Shown here: piece by piece, positions 9,992 through 21,128 of the stretch | Layout of the letters: the number at the start of each line of letters is the position of its first letter | How positions within the stretch are numbered: position 1 is the stretch's first letter | NCBI GenBank assembly: GCA_918797485.1 | Contig: CAKKNE010000005.1 | Span: 3,782,001-3,846,000, forward strand | DNA length: 64,000 nucleotides | Source: Pelagomonas calceolata | Lineage: Eukaryota | Direction of reading: 5' to 3' | Program-made: the position numbers and the translations under genes | Notes under the pieces: model-generated | The model's input: only the letters and a program-made list of their open reading frames with translations | What the model was told of the DNA's origin: nothing | The model's database searches: none

Positions 9992-11307
9992 ATGCAAATA
10001 TCGCACGTCGTGCTATCCCTCGCCGCGATGTGTCTCCCTCCGAAGCCCCCGGTAGTAGCTGCAGCGCCACGCACGCTCAAACGCGACGTGCCGCTGGTCA
10101 AGACGCAGATCGGCACGATGGAGGTGACCGAGGTGTGCGCCGGCACGATGACCTGGGGCTCGTTCGTCGAGAAGGAAGAGTCGGCGCACAAAGAGCTCGA
10201 CACCTTCCTGGCTGCCGGCGTCAATTTCCTGGACACGGCGGAAATCTACCCCGTCGCATTCAATTACGGCAAAACCACCGAAACGTGGATCGGCAACTGG
10301 CTCACGGCGAGGATTGCAGATGGCTCGATCAAGCGCGAGGACTTCTACATCGCCACGAAGTGCAATCCTGCTGGCAAGGGGTCACCCGACGGCGAGCCCC
10401 ACGACTTCAGCGCCGCGAAACTCGAGGCGTCCGCAAGGGCGTCCATCGAGCGCCTCCAGAGCGACTACATCGACCTGTATTACCTGCACTTTCCCTCACG
10501 CAAGGGCTTCGACGTGTTTGGGTGGGGCTCGTACGGCTCGCCGGAGCGCTACAAGGCGAAGACGAGTGATGGATCCATGGCGGATTTCGAGAGACAGGTG
10601 AAAAACGTGAAGCATTTGCTGGATCTAGGACTCATCAAGAATTGGGGATTGTCCAATGAAAATGCCTATGGTGTCACGATGTTCTGCATCGCCGCGGACA
10701 AGTTGGGAGTACCGCGGCCGTGCTGTATCCAGAACGACATGAGCTTGAACGAGCGGTCCTTTGAAGGGGACGTCGCCGAGGCGTGCCACCACTTCGGCGT
10801 CGTCGGTTTGCCATATGGCGTGTTGTCGGGCGGCACGCTCACGGGCAAGTACATCACGGGCGAGGCCACGCCGCGGTCGCGCCAGAACCTCTCGCCGGAG
10901 TTCCAGCCGCGCTACAACGGCCCGCTCGCCGTCGAGGCGACGAAGGCGTACGCGAAGCTCGCCGAGGCGTGGGGGCTGACGCCGACGGAGCTAGCCATCG
11001 CGTGGGCGAGAGACGTAGCGAGGCGGTGTCCTTTTCAACGTCGCGTCGATGGCGTGCCGGTTTCTTACTGATTCTTTCCGCGCAGCGCTGGTACAATGCG
11101 GGCGTCATCACGGGGACGACGTCGCCCAAGCAGGTCGAGGAGTGCCTGGCGGCCTTCCGGCTCGAGACGCTGCCGACTGAATTGTGTGAGGCGATCGACG
11201 CGATCCACGAGCAGTACCGCTCGCCGACGACGACGCTCGTTAACAAGGCCCTGCTGCTCGCGGCGCCGTGGGTCGAGAAAGTCGACGAGTGCGCGACGGT
11301 CGCGTAG
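9992..11307 (+). CDS. Aldo-keto reductase (Tas-like); join(9992..11014,11086..11307)
   Basis: GTMTWG, FLDTAEIY, RLQSDYIDLYYLHFP, GLSNE; 71-nt GT-AG intron 11015..11085. Confidence 0.9.
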
Positions 11308-11382
11308 GACGGCAGGAGGCGACTCACTCGCCCCGCCGCTTGTTTATAATTGGATGATGAATTTTAAAGTTAAAGACAAGAC

Positions 11383-13230
11383 TCACTCGAGCGTCGCCGC
11401 GCGCTGCCGCGACGACGTCGACCGGACGATGTCCGCGAAGACCAGCTGCTCGACGGCCAGGCACGCGTCGTAGTCGTTTTGGGCAACCACTTCAAAAAGG
11501 TCGCGCTTCCGCACGGCCGTGCAGCGCTCGTGGGCCCGCCGGCAGATCGCGTAGACGCGCTCGTAGGCCGCGTCGCCCAAACGCCGCCGCAGCTGCCGCG
11601 TGCGCTCGTTCTCGACCCTATCTGCGGGGTCTAGTGGCGGCGGCGGCGTCGGCGGCGGCGGTCCTGGTGGGGGCGGCGGGTCGTACGACTGGCCCGGCGC
11701 GACCAGTTGATGAAACGTCCCGACCGACATCGCGGTGCTCTTTTTCTTGGGCACGGCGAAGAGCGCCGGCTCGGACCGCGCGCGCGTGACCAACGGTTGA
11801 CCGGAAGGCGGCGGCGGCGGCGCGCGCGGCGGCTTCGCGCCCGCGCCCAGGAACGACTCGTGCGCCCTTGCCCTAAACTTGGCCAAAGGACTTTCGGCCT
11901 TCTGCTTGCGCGGCCGCGGCCGGTGCCTCGCGCCACTTAACGGTGTGGTGTGCTTGCGCGCAATGATCGGCGGCGAGGGCGTCGCGGTCCGCCGGACCTT
12001 CGGGACGGTCGGCGGCGAGCCGCTCCGCCGCTCGAGGGAGGGCGACGGCGTCGCGCGCGCGGCCGACGCCGCCGTCGGCCGCGCGACGTCGCGGCGCGGT
12101 TTAGGCTGCTTTACCGGAGGCGCGGGCTCGACCGGCGACGGCGGCACGGGCGGCGGCGCCTCCAGCAGCGGCGTCTTCAGTCTTTCAATGACGACCTCCG
12201 CCGGCCGTCGGGGCTCCAGATACCTCGTTTCCAAAGGTGGACTCTCGCGCGCATTCGGCATGCCGGCGTAGCGCCCGCCCGAAAACGGCGACGTCTGCTT
12301 CTTCGTCGTAGCATGCGTCGGCGTCACGGAAGGCTGGCCGTTGTAGACCTCAAAATCATCATCGTACTGGTCTGGACTTACGACCGGCCCCTGGCACAGG
12401 ACGTGCTCTTGTAAGTTATGAGTGTCTTTGAGGACCTGCGCGATCGTCGGTCGCTGCTCCGCGTCCTTCGTCAGCAACCTCTTTACCAGTAATCGCAACC
12501 AGTTCTCTTCATCAGTAGACACCGCCTCGAGATCAGCGTCGCCCTTCACAACAGAATAGACGATCCCGAACAAGTTGGAAGCATCAAAGGGCCTTTTTAA
12601 GGCGCATAGCTCGTACAAGACACACCCTAACGCCCAGACGTCGGAGGCCGGTCCATAAGGTTTGTTCTCACACAACTCTGGACTCAAGTAATTTGGCGTT
12701 CCGACTACCGTAGAGGCCCTTGCCAATGTAGACTCCAGGATCTTCGCAATGCCCAAATCGCCCAATTTCAGGTTCATCTCCGCGTCCACGAAGACGTTCG
12801 TCGACTTGAGGTCGCGGTGCAAGACCCGTCGCGAGTGCAAGTACGCCAGCGCGTCGCCCATTTGCGCAAACCAACGCGAAATCTGTTGTTCTGGGAACTT
12901 TCTGGACGTCGACTTGGCCTCGTTGATGTGGTACGCGAGGTCGCCTTGCGGGCACCACTCCATGACCAGGTGCAAGCATCTTGCATCGTCCTCGAGGCGG
13001 CCCTCGAAGCTCTCGACGAATTTCACGATGCGAGGGTGGTCCAGCGTCTTGAGGAGCTGGCACTCCCTATGAGCTGCATCCCTGTCTCTCTTGGACAAAT
13101 TCTCCGTCGCTACGCGTTTTCGTACACACAGCTGTTGTGTCGAATTGTGGCGCACGAGGTGCACGGAGCCCTGCGCGCCCCGCCCAATGAGGCGGACCTC
13201 GGTCCAGCGCGCTTCTGGGCTGGTGTCCAT
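11383..13230 (-). CDS. NIMA-related (NEK) Ser/Thr kinase with Pro-rich tail
   Basis: IGRGAQG, LHRDLKSTNVF, LGDLGIAK, VGTPNYLSPELCENKPY; start taken at MDTSPE. Confidence 0.92.
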   Translation of the reverse strand: MDTSPEARWTEVRLIGRGAQGSVHLVRHNSTQQLCVRKRVATENLSKRDRDAAHRECQLLKTLDHPRIVKFVESFEGRLEDDARCLHLVMEWCPQGDLAYHINEAKSTSRKFPEQQISRWFAQMGDALAYLHSRRVLHRDLKSTNVFVDAEMNLKLGDLGIAKILESTLARASTVVGTPNYLSPELCENKPYGPASDVWALGCVLYELCALKRPFDASNLFGIVYSVVKGDADLEAVSTDEENWLRLLVKRLLTKDAEQRPTIAQVLKDTHNLQEHVLCQGPVVSPDQYDDDFEVYNGQPSVTPTHATTKKQTSPFSGGRYAGMPNARESPPLETRYLEPRRPAEVVIERLKTPLLEAPPPVPPSPVEPAPPVKQPKPRRDVARPTAASAARATPSPSLERRSGSPPTVPKVRRTATPSPPIIARKHTTPLSGARHRPRPRKQKAESPLAKFRARAHESFLGAGAKPPRAPPPPPSGQPLVTRARSEPALFAVPKKKSTAMSVGTFHQLVAPGQSYDPPPPPGPPPPTPPPPLDPADRVENERTRQLRRRLGDAAYERVYAICRRAHERCTAVRKRDLFEVVAQNDYDACLAVEQLVFADIVRSTSSRQRAATLE

Positions 13231-13647
13231 CGTCGCAAGCGCTGCGGCCCGGAAAGCGACGGTGGACAGCTGGCCAGACGGTTGGTCGTGCGGTGCGCCC
13301 GGTGGCCAACTGGCCCCGGCGACGCTGCCTCCTCGCTCGCGCGCGCGGCGGCAGCCGCTTACGGTTGCAAGGGCAGCTGTCGCCAAACGCGGCGGCCGAG
13401 GCAGCCCCCCCTGCCGCCCAGGACCGCGACCGCGAGCCTGCGAAACCAACAAAAAAGCACTGCAACGGTTTCACGCGGCACGTTCGACAGGATTTTGCCG
13501 TCCCTTCCCACGCGAGCAGGGCTGTTTGGTGTCCTCGGAGGCCTGGGGGCGTCGCCCGGACCCGTCCCGGCGCGGCGGGCTGGGACGTGTCGGCCGCGGC
13601 GGCCCCATCTCTCGGTGAAGGTCCTGAAAATCATACAAAAAACAACA

Positions 13648-14634
13648 TTATTCTTGTCGCCGCCGCTTCGCAGCTTCAACGTCTTGGGCGAACGAAATCG
13701 CGCGCGCTTCGGGATTATACGTCACAACATACGCGTCACCGTCGGCGGCGTCGAGCGCGGCTCGGAGCCACCTCAGGACCGCGTCCGCGAAGCCGAGGCA
13801 CGCCTGCGGCCGCCACGACGGTCGCCCCTGCGCGCCCGCCGCCGCGAGTCCCGGCAGCTCCAGCGTGTCGAAGCTCTGCAGCTTCCTTAGTTCGTCCTCG
13901 TCCCGAAAACCAACGATCACGCGTGGCGTTCCTACGAGATACGACTGTACCCAGAATTTGAACATCTTGAACCGCTCGAAGGTGCCCACGAGTCGCTTCG
14001 ACGCGAGCAGTTTATTCGTCTTCAGCTCCACATATGTACCGGCGTCGTCGACGCTGTCGATCTCGGCCGCCACGGCGAGGCGATGCGAACCCAGTTTGCA
14101 ATTAAACAGGCCGACGTACTCATCGTTGGCGTCGATGGTCCCCTCGTGGCCAGTACACAAAGCCTCGAAGCGGTAGCCGAAGTAGGACATGAGCCTCTGC
14201 GCGTCCGACTGGCTCCGTTCCTCGTCGCGCCGCCGCGGCGTGTCTCGCACGCGCAGCAGCCACCGCTGGTCGCCCGCGAGGCGCTTGACACCAATGGACC
14301 AATCGTCGTTCGGGCAATGAAGCGTTGCGAGTAGCTTGTTTAGATTATTGCGGTACGTCACGAAGTGCGCTCTACTTGTTTGCTCCGCGTAGCGCTCGAC
14401 TGCTGCCAAGAGACACTGCTCCGCCGCGGCCTTGTCGTCGCGCTTCGGCACGAAGTCCGAATATCCAGTGGCGAGCGAGTTCGGCAGCCTCGGCGCTTTG
14501 TATCGGCGCAATGCGCGCTTGTCGAAATGCAGCTCGCCATCGATGCGACTGAAGCCTCCGACCTCCAGGGGTCTGGCGTATGGGGTCTTGGCAGCAGCTG
14601 GTCTGTACGCTGCCACATCAAAGCGTGGCTGCAT
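13648..14634 (-). CDS. DXO: RAI1/DXO decapping exoribonuclease
   Basis: FVTYRNNLNK, YFGYRFE, AEID...YVELKT, KFWVQSYLVG...VGFRD. Confidence 0.9.
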   Translation of the reverse strand: MQPRFDVAAYRPAAAKTPYARPLEVGGFSRIDGELHFDKRALRRYKAPRLPNSLATGYSDFVPKRDDKAAAEQCLLAAVERYAEQTSRAHFVTYRNNLNKLLATLHCPNDDWSIGVKRLAGDQRWLLRVRDTPRRRDEERSQSDAQRLMSYFGYRFEALCTGHEGTIDANDEYVGLFNCKLGSHRLAVAAEIDSVDDAGTYVELKTNKLLASKRLVGTFERFKMFKFWVQSYLVGTPRVIVGFRDEDELRKLQSFDTLELPGLAAAGAQGRPSWRPQACLGFADAVLRWLRAALDAADGDAYVVTYNPEARAISFAQDVEAAKRRRQE

Positions 14635-14825
14635 CGCTGCGACCGCTGCCGCCAGAGACAGTGCCGTAAGGGCCGCCGTGTTTGCTTGGCTCGTCGCCGC
14701 TAGGGATCCAAAAGAAATGGGTGGTTTGCTGCGATGTGACGGTTGCTGGCCCTAACACAGCTTTTGTGGAGATTTGGAGTGCATGGGCAGCCACCAATCA
14801 ATGGAATTGCAAGGATGGGCAGCTC

Positions 14826-14849
14826 GCTAGTGTGTTACCGGACGCTAGC
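14826..14849. promoter_or_regulatory. CTAG-bipartite upstream element
   Basis: gctagtgtgttaccggacgctagc in the divergent DXO/hydrolase region. Confidence 0.65.
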
Positions 14850-15029
14850 CTCCCAAGGTAGCCCGGCGCGAGGGATGCGCTTGATTTAGCTGCGCAAGCG
14901 CTTAAATATTTGATTGCTCATTATTCCGCAGCCGCTGTCAACGCTGCGAGCCCTGCTATCGTGCCAGAGGCGTCTCGGACACAGCTCTCACCCATCCCTG
15001 CCGGACGCCCTCCGGAACCGACTGCACCC

Positions 15030-15869
15030 ATGTCTCGAGTCCTGCTGGCCCTGACATTAGTCTCGGCGCGGCGGATGGCGCGCGGCCGCGCGGCGAACGC
15101 GGACCTCGAGGGCGCCATCCGCGACGCCTACGTCGACAAGCACCAGGTCCACCACGGCTCGATTACGGTCGACGGCGAGGCCGTCGAGTTTCTGGAGGCT
15201 GGTCCGAAGGACGCCGCCAAAACGGTCCTTTTCTGCCACGGCGCGGCGTTCTCGATGGCGACGTGGCAGCACGTCGGCGTCCTGGATGCGTTGGCGGAGG
15301 CCGGTATGCGGGGGATAGCTCTGAACCTGCCAGGATACGGCGCGTCGTCGAAGACGATCGGCGGCTGGCAAGGAAGAGCTGGCTTCGTGCGCCGCGTCGC
15401 CGAGGCCCTGGACCTGCCGTCGACGCTGATGGTTGTTGCCGCTTCTATGGGCGGCTCGTACGCCCTCCCCTTCGTTATGGATCCGGGGCCCTACAAGATC
15501 GCCGGCTACATAACAGCGGCGGCCCTGCGGTCGCGACATAACGCCAAGCCCCCGTCGGTCCCGGTGCTCGGCATTTATGGTTCGGAGGACCAGCCGCGGC
15601 TCGACTCGGACCGGCGGGCGTGCTTCGCCGTACCCCCCTCGCCGTACGGGTGCTATGGCAACCACACGCAACTCATAGTGCTCGCGAACGCGCCGCACCC
15701 GTGCTACCTGCGCGACGCCGCGGCCGCGCGCCAGTTCACGAATCTCGTCGTCGCGTTCGCGGGCGGTGCGATGAGCAGAGACATGGGCTCGACACCATTG
15801 CATGCATACTCAGCACACGTGGCTGCCGCGACCGCGGAGCCGGCGCTGTCGGTCCGCGCCGCGTGGTGA
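15030..15869 (+). CDS. ABHD14-like alpha/beta hydrolase with signal peptide
   Basis: LFCHGAAFSMATW, ALNLPGYG, ASMGG, APHPCYL. Confidence 0.85.
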   Translation: MSRVLLALTLVSARRMARGRAANADLEGAIRDAYVDKHQVHHGSITVDGEAVEFLEAGPKDAAKTVLFCHGAAFSMATWQHVGVLDALAEAGMRGIALNLPGYGASSKTIGGWQGRAGFVRRVAEALDLPSTLMVVAASMGGSYALPFVMDPGPYKIAGYITAAALRSRHNAKPPSVPVLGIYGSEDQPRLDSDRRACFAVPPSPYGCYGNHTQLIVLANAPHPCYLRDAAAARQFTNLVVAFAGGAMSRDMGSTPLHAYSAHVAAATAEPALSVRAAW

Positions 15870-15887
15870 CCTAAGCTTGTGCCTGTC

Positions 15888-16320
15888 TTATATATTAGTA
15901 AAACGCCTCTCCCCCGTCGACGAGCAGCACTCGTAACGCACGATGCCCGTCTCGACCTCGAGGAACTCGTGGCGCGCCATCTGAGCCGTCGCGCAGCACC
16001 CGCAAAACATGGCGCAGCAGGCGTCCTCGAAGCCGTCGACGCCCGTGCACCTGCGCGCCGACGGGTGGGTGAGTACACGCGCGCGACGACGACGCCGGCG
16101 CTCACGTGCAGCACTCCTCGCGGATCCCGTACTTCCGTCGGATCGCGATGCGGAGGAACATCGCGAAGAAGTACCGGTCCGGCGCCCGCGCGTGTCGATG
16201 AGTCCACACTGATGATAAAATGTCCCAACGCGCCGAGTCTAGGCCTTGGAGTCTTTGGTTTTTAGGTCCGAGGTCCATTAGCTGAGAAAAACCCGCATCG
16301 AGGACTGAACCATACGCCAT
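15888..16320 (-). CDS. PLAC8-family Cys-rich protein, C-terminal half only; join(16320..16106,16050..15888)
   Basis: LRIAIRRKYGIREECCT|CTGVDGFEDACCAMFCGCCATAQMARHE after removing GT-AG intron 16105..16051. The N-terminus is uncertain. Confidence 0.6.
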
Positions 16321-16435
16321 CGACGCGAAGACTCCTAACTTAATGTGTCCTTACTTCACAAAAGGTCACAGGGAACTCCATGGAGACGGCGGAGGAATGC
16401 GCGACCGGCGCCGCGTGAGCGCCGCGTGGCGCGTA

Positions 16436-17575
16436 TCACAACAGCGCCATGCCGACCTGGGCCTCGCCGATGCGCCGCCGCTTCGGCTCGCCCTCGTCGA
16501 CCAACGCCGCCAGACCGGCTAATGCAGAATTCTGGGAGATGCCGCCGAGGGGCATGGCGTCCATGAAGAGCGGGCAGTCCTCCTCCTCGTCGTCCAGCCG
16601 GCGCTTTGGTCGAGACACCGGCGCCGGCGCGCGCGCCACCACAACAGCGCGCGCGTTGCTCTCCCACGCGTAGGGGTCCGCGTTCAGGACGTCGACGCAG
16701 GCGCCCCTCGCTCTACATTGTTGAGCGACGCGTTGTGCTGCCGACGCGTCGACGCCATAGACGCAGACGCCCCGCGACAGCCGCATCGCCGCGTCGACGG
16801 CCGACTCGTCATCAACGTCCACGAAGACGCAGTCCCACTCACCTCTGTTCGGCCAGCCGCCGTAGTACCAGGTCGGGCCGTTCCAGCCCGAGAACGCCTC
16901 CGCCGCGCCGACGGCCTCCGGGGACTCGGCCGCACACGCGACTTTCGCGCCTGACTCAGATAGAGTCTTCGGTAAGATGCCTCCTGAACGTAACCCGAGC
17001 ACGAGGACGTCTCTACCTCCGATCTTTCGGAAGGCGTCGAGCATCGCTCGGACGTCCCAGGAGTAGTTGACGAAGCTCTCCGCTGATGGTTGTTCTAGTC
17101 GGGCGTCATCATACAAAGCCCTCCTGCCATCTCGCAACTCCAAGGCCAGTAAAGAGCCTTTCCAGTACAACACCCTTGAAACTCTATCTTGCGAGACCCA
17201 ATTCGCAATTTGCGAGTCGCCTATGCTACAAGCACAGAGGTAGACTCTAGCCGCAAAGGTCCTTCCGACCGATACTCGACCGGACGCGTCCGGGCTTGAA
17301 CGCGCCACAACCGCAGCTTGTAGCGCGCCGTGTTCGACTGCGACTTGTAGTGTCGCTGGCGTCAGCTGATTTCCTAAATTCTGGAGCAAGTGCGTGCAGT
17401 CCTCGCCGTTCTGTGCTTTCTCGACCAGCGACGTCGTCAACCCCTTGACGACCTGCTGGGCGACCCAGTGGTCTTGGGAGCCGTCGTCCTGCATGACGAC
17501 GAGGGGCAGGTCCAGCGAGTCGCTCGAGACGACGTGCGTGATCTCCATGTGGCCCTGGTGGACGTGGTGCCGCAT
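16436..17575 (-). CDS. Hypothetical protein with degenerate SAM-methyltransferase (spermidine-synthase-like) region
   Basis: Long ORF; RDVLVLGLRSGGILP...WDCVFVDV; start taken at MRHHVHQ. Confidence 0.55.
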   Translation of the reverse strand: MRHHVHQGHMEITHVVSSDSLDLPLVVMQDDGSQDHWVAQQVVKGLTTSLVEKAQNGEDCTHLLQNLGNQLTPATLQVAVEHGALQAAVVARSSPDASGRVSVGRTFAARVYLCACSIGDSQIANWVSQDRVSRVLYWKGSLLALELRDGRRALYDDARLEQPSAESFVNYSWDVRAMLDAFRKIGGRDVLVLGLRSGGILPKTLSESGAKVACAAESPEAVGAAEAFSGWNGPTWYYGGWPNRGEWDCVFVDVDDESAVDAAMRLSRGVCVYGVDASAAQRVAQQCRARGACVDVLNADPYAWESNARAVVVARAPAPVSRPKRRLDDEEEDCPLFMDAMPLGGISQNSALAGLAALVDEGEPKRRRIGEAQVGMALL

Positions 17576-18182
17576 GCGTTTTCCTTTATCTTGCCTCGAT
17601 GGCGTCTGTGGCTCGGTCTTATCGACCGTGGGCGACCGATTTCGCGTAAACAGTGATTGGCAGGCGATATCGATTTTTAGAGGGCTGGAGCGCACGGCAA
17701 CAGCTCCTTCGCCTTGATCGTTTGCTTGGCAGGTTGAATGAGTTCCTGGACCGCTGTCCGCTATAACAGAGCAGCTATAGGGGCCAAACCTGGACGCGGC
17801 GCTGGACCTCGTATGAACATAGCAATGACATACTAGCATGCAAATTTTTGAATGATCCACGCCGTCTCCGGACGCCGTGCACTGCCTGCAGAGGACGCAT
17901 GTGTAAGTCGTGGCGCTGCCACGCACTAAAAAACAACTCGGGCAGGCTCGACGGCTGCCACAAACTTGGCTGCCTCTCGCACACCTCGGACCAGGACGGT
18001 AGACGCCAGTCGACGCTACCCCGGGACCGGACCAGTGCCGCCCGCTAGACGCAGCACCGGAACGCCGGTCGAGGCTGCCCCAGACCAGCGCCACCAGACG
18101 CCAGCAGACGCAACGCCCGACGCCGCACCAGCCACGCAGTCGGACCCGTGACCGAAGACCTCAGCTCGCCGCCGTCGAGACG

Positions 18183-18422
18183 ATGCCCGACGGCCTCCTC
18201 TCGCAGGAGCACGAGGCCGCGCTCGCCGCGGCCAAGCAGAAGCTGCGCGAGGAGAACGAGGAGTACATCCGGCAGCACCCCGAGCTGCGCGGCGCCATCC
18301 GGCTGCTCATGGCGAAACTCCTCGACGACACGCCGGAGGACCTCCAGCAGTACGTCTGCGAATTTTTCACGGACCCGGACCTCGAGAGGAAGGTCGAGGA
18401 GTTCATGCTGCAGAAGGTGTAA
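18183..18422 (+). CDS. RIIa dimerisation/docking-domain protein (RIIAD1-like)
   Basis: ENEEYIRQHPEL...LLDDTPEDLQQYVCEFFTDP. Confidence 0.75.
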   Translation: MPDGLLSQEHEAALAAAKQKLREENEEYIRQHPELRGAIRLLMAKLLDDTPEDLQQYVCEFFTDPDLERKVEEFMLQKV

Positions 18423-18449
18423 ATTGTGTTTTTTGAAACAACAACGAGC

Positions 18450-18956
18450 TTAGGGCAGGAGTCCCGCCGCGACGAGCGCCTCGGCCCGCTTCAAAACGCG
18501 CGCGCAGTCGCCGGAGACGTCGTCCATGCGCTCGATGTCCTGCAAAGACCACCACCTCGCTTCACTGGCGTCGTCGCCGGCTGCCAGCGGCTCCGCGTTC
18601 GAGAGCGCGCAGAAGGTCTCGGCGATGAGGTAGTGGAACTCGGTCCGCCCTTGGTCGTCGGTGTAGATCGCGTCGGCCGTCGTGAAGGGGTAGGGATGCC
18701 ACGCGCCGGTCTCGAGTCCCGTCTCCTCGCGCAATTCGCGCCTCGCCGCGTCCATGGTCGCCTCGCCGACGTCGATGCCGCCGCCAGGCAAGGACCAGAG
18801 CCCCGCTCCCGGCGCTTTCGAGCGTCGAACGAGCGCGTACTTTGGCGGCGTCGTGCCCGCGCGCGCGACGACGGCGACGGCGGCGCGCGGCGCTTGCGGA
18901 TAGGCCCGCGTCGACAGCGCGCGCGCGACCGGTGGTATCATGAGGAGGCGTCGCAT
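18450..18956 (-). CDS. Nudix hydrolase
   Basis: Nudix box GGGIDVGEATMDAARRELREETG; AGDDASEARW. Confidence 0.9.
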   Translation of the reverse strand: MRRLLMIPPVARALSTRAYPQAPRAAVAVVARAGTTPPKYALVRRSKAPGAGLWSLPGGGIDVGEATMDAARRELREETGLETGAWHPYPFTTADAIYTDDQGRTEFHYLIAETFCALSNAEPLAAGDDASEARWWSLQDIERMDDVSGDCARVLKRAEALVAAGLLP

Positions 18957-19147
18957 CACGATGCTGCCGTTTGTTGCGATGTATTAGCCCTCCGATAGGA
19001 GTAGCATTGATGAACTGGCTCCAGCTCGCTCCGCCGCAGCCTTCAGTGGTCCTGATCGCTGTGCGTGCCTTCTAAAGGATGAATGTGGAAGCACAAGGCA
19101 AGTGTGCAGCGTGCGGCCGCGTTCGAGCGGTTTTGCCGCTGCAGTGA

Positions 19148-19171
19148 GCTAGCGTCCTGTAAGACACTAGC
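19148..19171. promoter_or_regulatory. CTAG-bipartite upstream element
   Basis: gctagcgtcctgtaagacactagc in the divergent Nudix/PIP5K region. Confidence 0.7.
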
Positions 19172-19278
19172 AAACACAGCCGGCTTGGGCGCCGCCTTGC
19201 CAGTCTGGAGGACTGCACCGCGTAGAGACGCTCGTAAGCATCGCACGAATCACATCTCTGCACGCCATCGCAGCGACA

Positions 19279-20307
19279 ATGCACGTCACCCTCGCGCGGG
19301 CCCTCTACCAGGCCGCTTTGTCCCTGGTGGGGCTGCACTTGGCAAGGAGGAACGCGCAGCACGCGAACGAAGGCTTGAGTCCAGCACACCCACGTTATAA
19401 TGATGCGGCAGCATTGTTAGGTGGAGGCCTCGCGCACGCCGCGAAGAGCCGAACCGTGTCGAGGCGGTGGCGCGATTTTGTGGTCGAGGAAAGATGTGGA
19501 GACGCCTTCGGGGAGTTGAGGAAAAGGTGGCACTGCGGGAGGGAGCTGGCACGATTAGGAAGGCGCGACCCGTGTCAAGCTCTCGAGGTGCTCGGCGGCG
19601 GGGGCAGCAAGGGCGCCGCCAATCGAGGCCTCTGCTTCTTCGTGACGAGATGCGGCCAATACATCATCAAACAAGAATCATCAGCAACTTTGCGGACGCT
19701 CGATAATGTGGCGAAGACGTATGCGGCACGCGCCTCCGTACAAGGGTCGCTCCTACCTCGATTAGTTGGCGCTTATACCGTACGATCGAACACGACGACG
19801 ACACACTGGCTCGTGATGGCGAATACCTTCGCTGGTGCACCTAAAATCAAGGCGGTTTATGATGTGAAGGGCTCGACGGCGGGCCGCCGCACGCGGCCAA
19901 AAAAGGGCACTCTTAAAGATCTGGACGCGCGCGACGACGCGGCACAACTAAGGTGCTATGGGAGCGGCGAGGTCGTGGAGGCTTTGAGTGGAGACACGCG
20001 CGTCCTGGAGCAGTTGAGGCTGTTGGACTACTCGCTGCTCGTCGGCGTCTGCGAGCCGGGTTTGTTCGGTGGTTGGAGGGCAGCACGATATAAAAAACGG
20101 GACCGCGGGACGCGCATGTTGGTTTGTAGAGACCGCGGCTTCCTCGTCGTCGGTTTGATCGACGTGCTCCAGCCCTGGACGTGGGCGAAAGTCGCGGAGT
20201 ACTATTGTAGGGGCGCGCTGCGGGGCTGGCGGCGGATCTCCGCCGTGCCGCCCGTTTTTTACAGGAGGCGCTTCCTGGCGTTCGTCTCTCGTTTACTAGA
20301 TACATAA
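19279..20307 (+). CDS. Phosphatidylinositol-phosphate kinase (PIP5K family)
   Basis: YIIK, SLLPRLVG, LVMANTF, YDVKGSTAGR, LKDLD, LDYSLLVG, GLIDVLQPW, ISAVPP. Confidence 0.88.
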   Translation: MHVTLARALYQAALSLVGLHLARRNAQHANEGLSPAHPRYNDAAALLGGGLAHAAKSRTVSRRWRDFVVEERCGDAFGELRKRWHCGRELARLGRRDPCQALEVLGGGGSKGAANRGLCFFVTRCGQYIIKQESSATLRTLDNVAKTYAARASVQGSLLPRLVGAYTVRSNTTTTHWLVMANTFAGAPKIKAVYDVKGSTAGRRTRPKKGTLKDLDARDDAAQLRCYGSGEVVEALSGDTRVLEQLRLLDYSLLVGVCEPGLFGGWRAARYKKRDRGTRMLVCRDRGFLVVGLIDVLQPWTWAKVAEYYCRGALRGWRRISAVPPVFYRRRFLAFVSRLLDT

Positions 20308-20321
20308 GTTTTATGAACACA

Positions 20322-20585
20322 CTACTGGAAGATGCACGTCTCCTTGAAGCAGGCGCGGCTGCAGAGGTACGTGTGCTTCCAGCCCTCCTTGATCGTCCAG
20401 GGGCAGAGCTTCTTCTCGCACATCGCGCACGTGAAGTTCGCGAAATCAAAGATGTTGCACACGACCTCCATGGGCAGGTCGCACTGCGGCGGCTCGCCGT
20501 CGCCGGTGCACCGAATGTCGTCGTAGAGGCTGTACTGCGAGCGCGGCCGCGGCGCGGTCGGGGCGGACGCGGCCGCGGTGGACAT
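20322..20585 (-). CDS. Small Cys-rich protein (CxxC...CSxxC zinc-finger-like)
   Basis: 87-aa ORF with typical GC3 codons; CAMC...YLCSRAC. Confidence 0.55.
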   Translation of the reverse strand: MSTAAASAPTAPRPRSQYSLYDDIRCTGDGEPPQCDLPMEVVCNIFDFANFTCAMCEKKLCPWTIKEGWKHTYLCSRACFKETCIFQ

Positions 20586-21128
20586 TTTCTGGGCGTTTGC
20601 GGTTCTTGACCTCTTAAAGAGCTCTTGACTATTTTATAACAGTGCTCTGAAACGTTGGAGCGCGCTCGTTGTCCTGAGTCTGAACTAGAGGTCAGTGAAA
20701 TGCGCAGAGGCTGTGTTTTGGAGCTATGCTGCGTCGTACGCCAATTTTAAACAGGGTACGCTGCAGTTTAATGAATTAGGTACTCGTTCGAAGCCTGTCG
20801 CAGCTTACGAACGTCTACGACTCGATTTTGTGCTGCTGCGAATATGTCCTACGCAGTCGGCCAACCAATCGTGGCCTGCCCCGCAAGGGATGTTCGTCGC
20901 CCTTGAAACAACGGTTTGAGCACGGCGGGAGCCATCCGTAACCGTTGAAGGAGGTGGGCGACTCATGGCCCATGAAAAATTCAAAGAGTGCTCTCATTTT
21001 GGGGCAGCACACAGGCTGTGTTTGCGTGCTTGTATTTCAGCCGCGGCAGCCGCGGCAGCCCGCATCGCTGGACACAAGTCTCTCTCGACGCCGCCGACGC
21101 GCCTGCGCCAGCGATCAGCACGGTACCG

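Noticed and set aside
17576..18094. N-terminal extension of ORF 16436..18094
   Set aside because: It has a non-ATG start and reads like the divergent promoter/UTR region; the start was placed at 17575.
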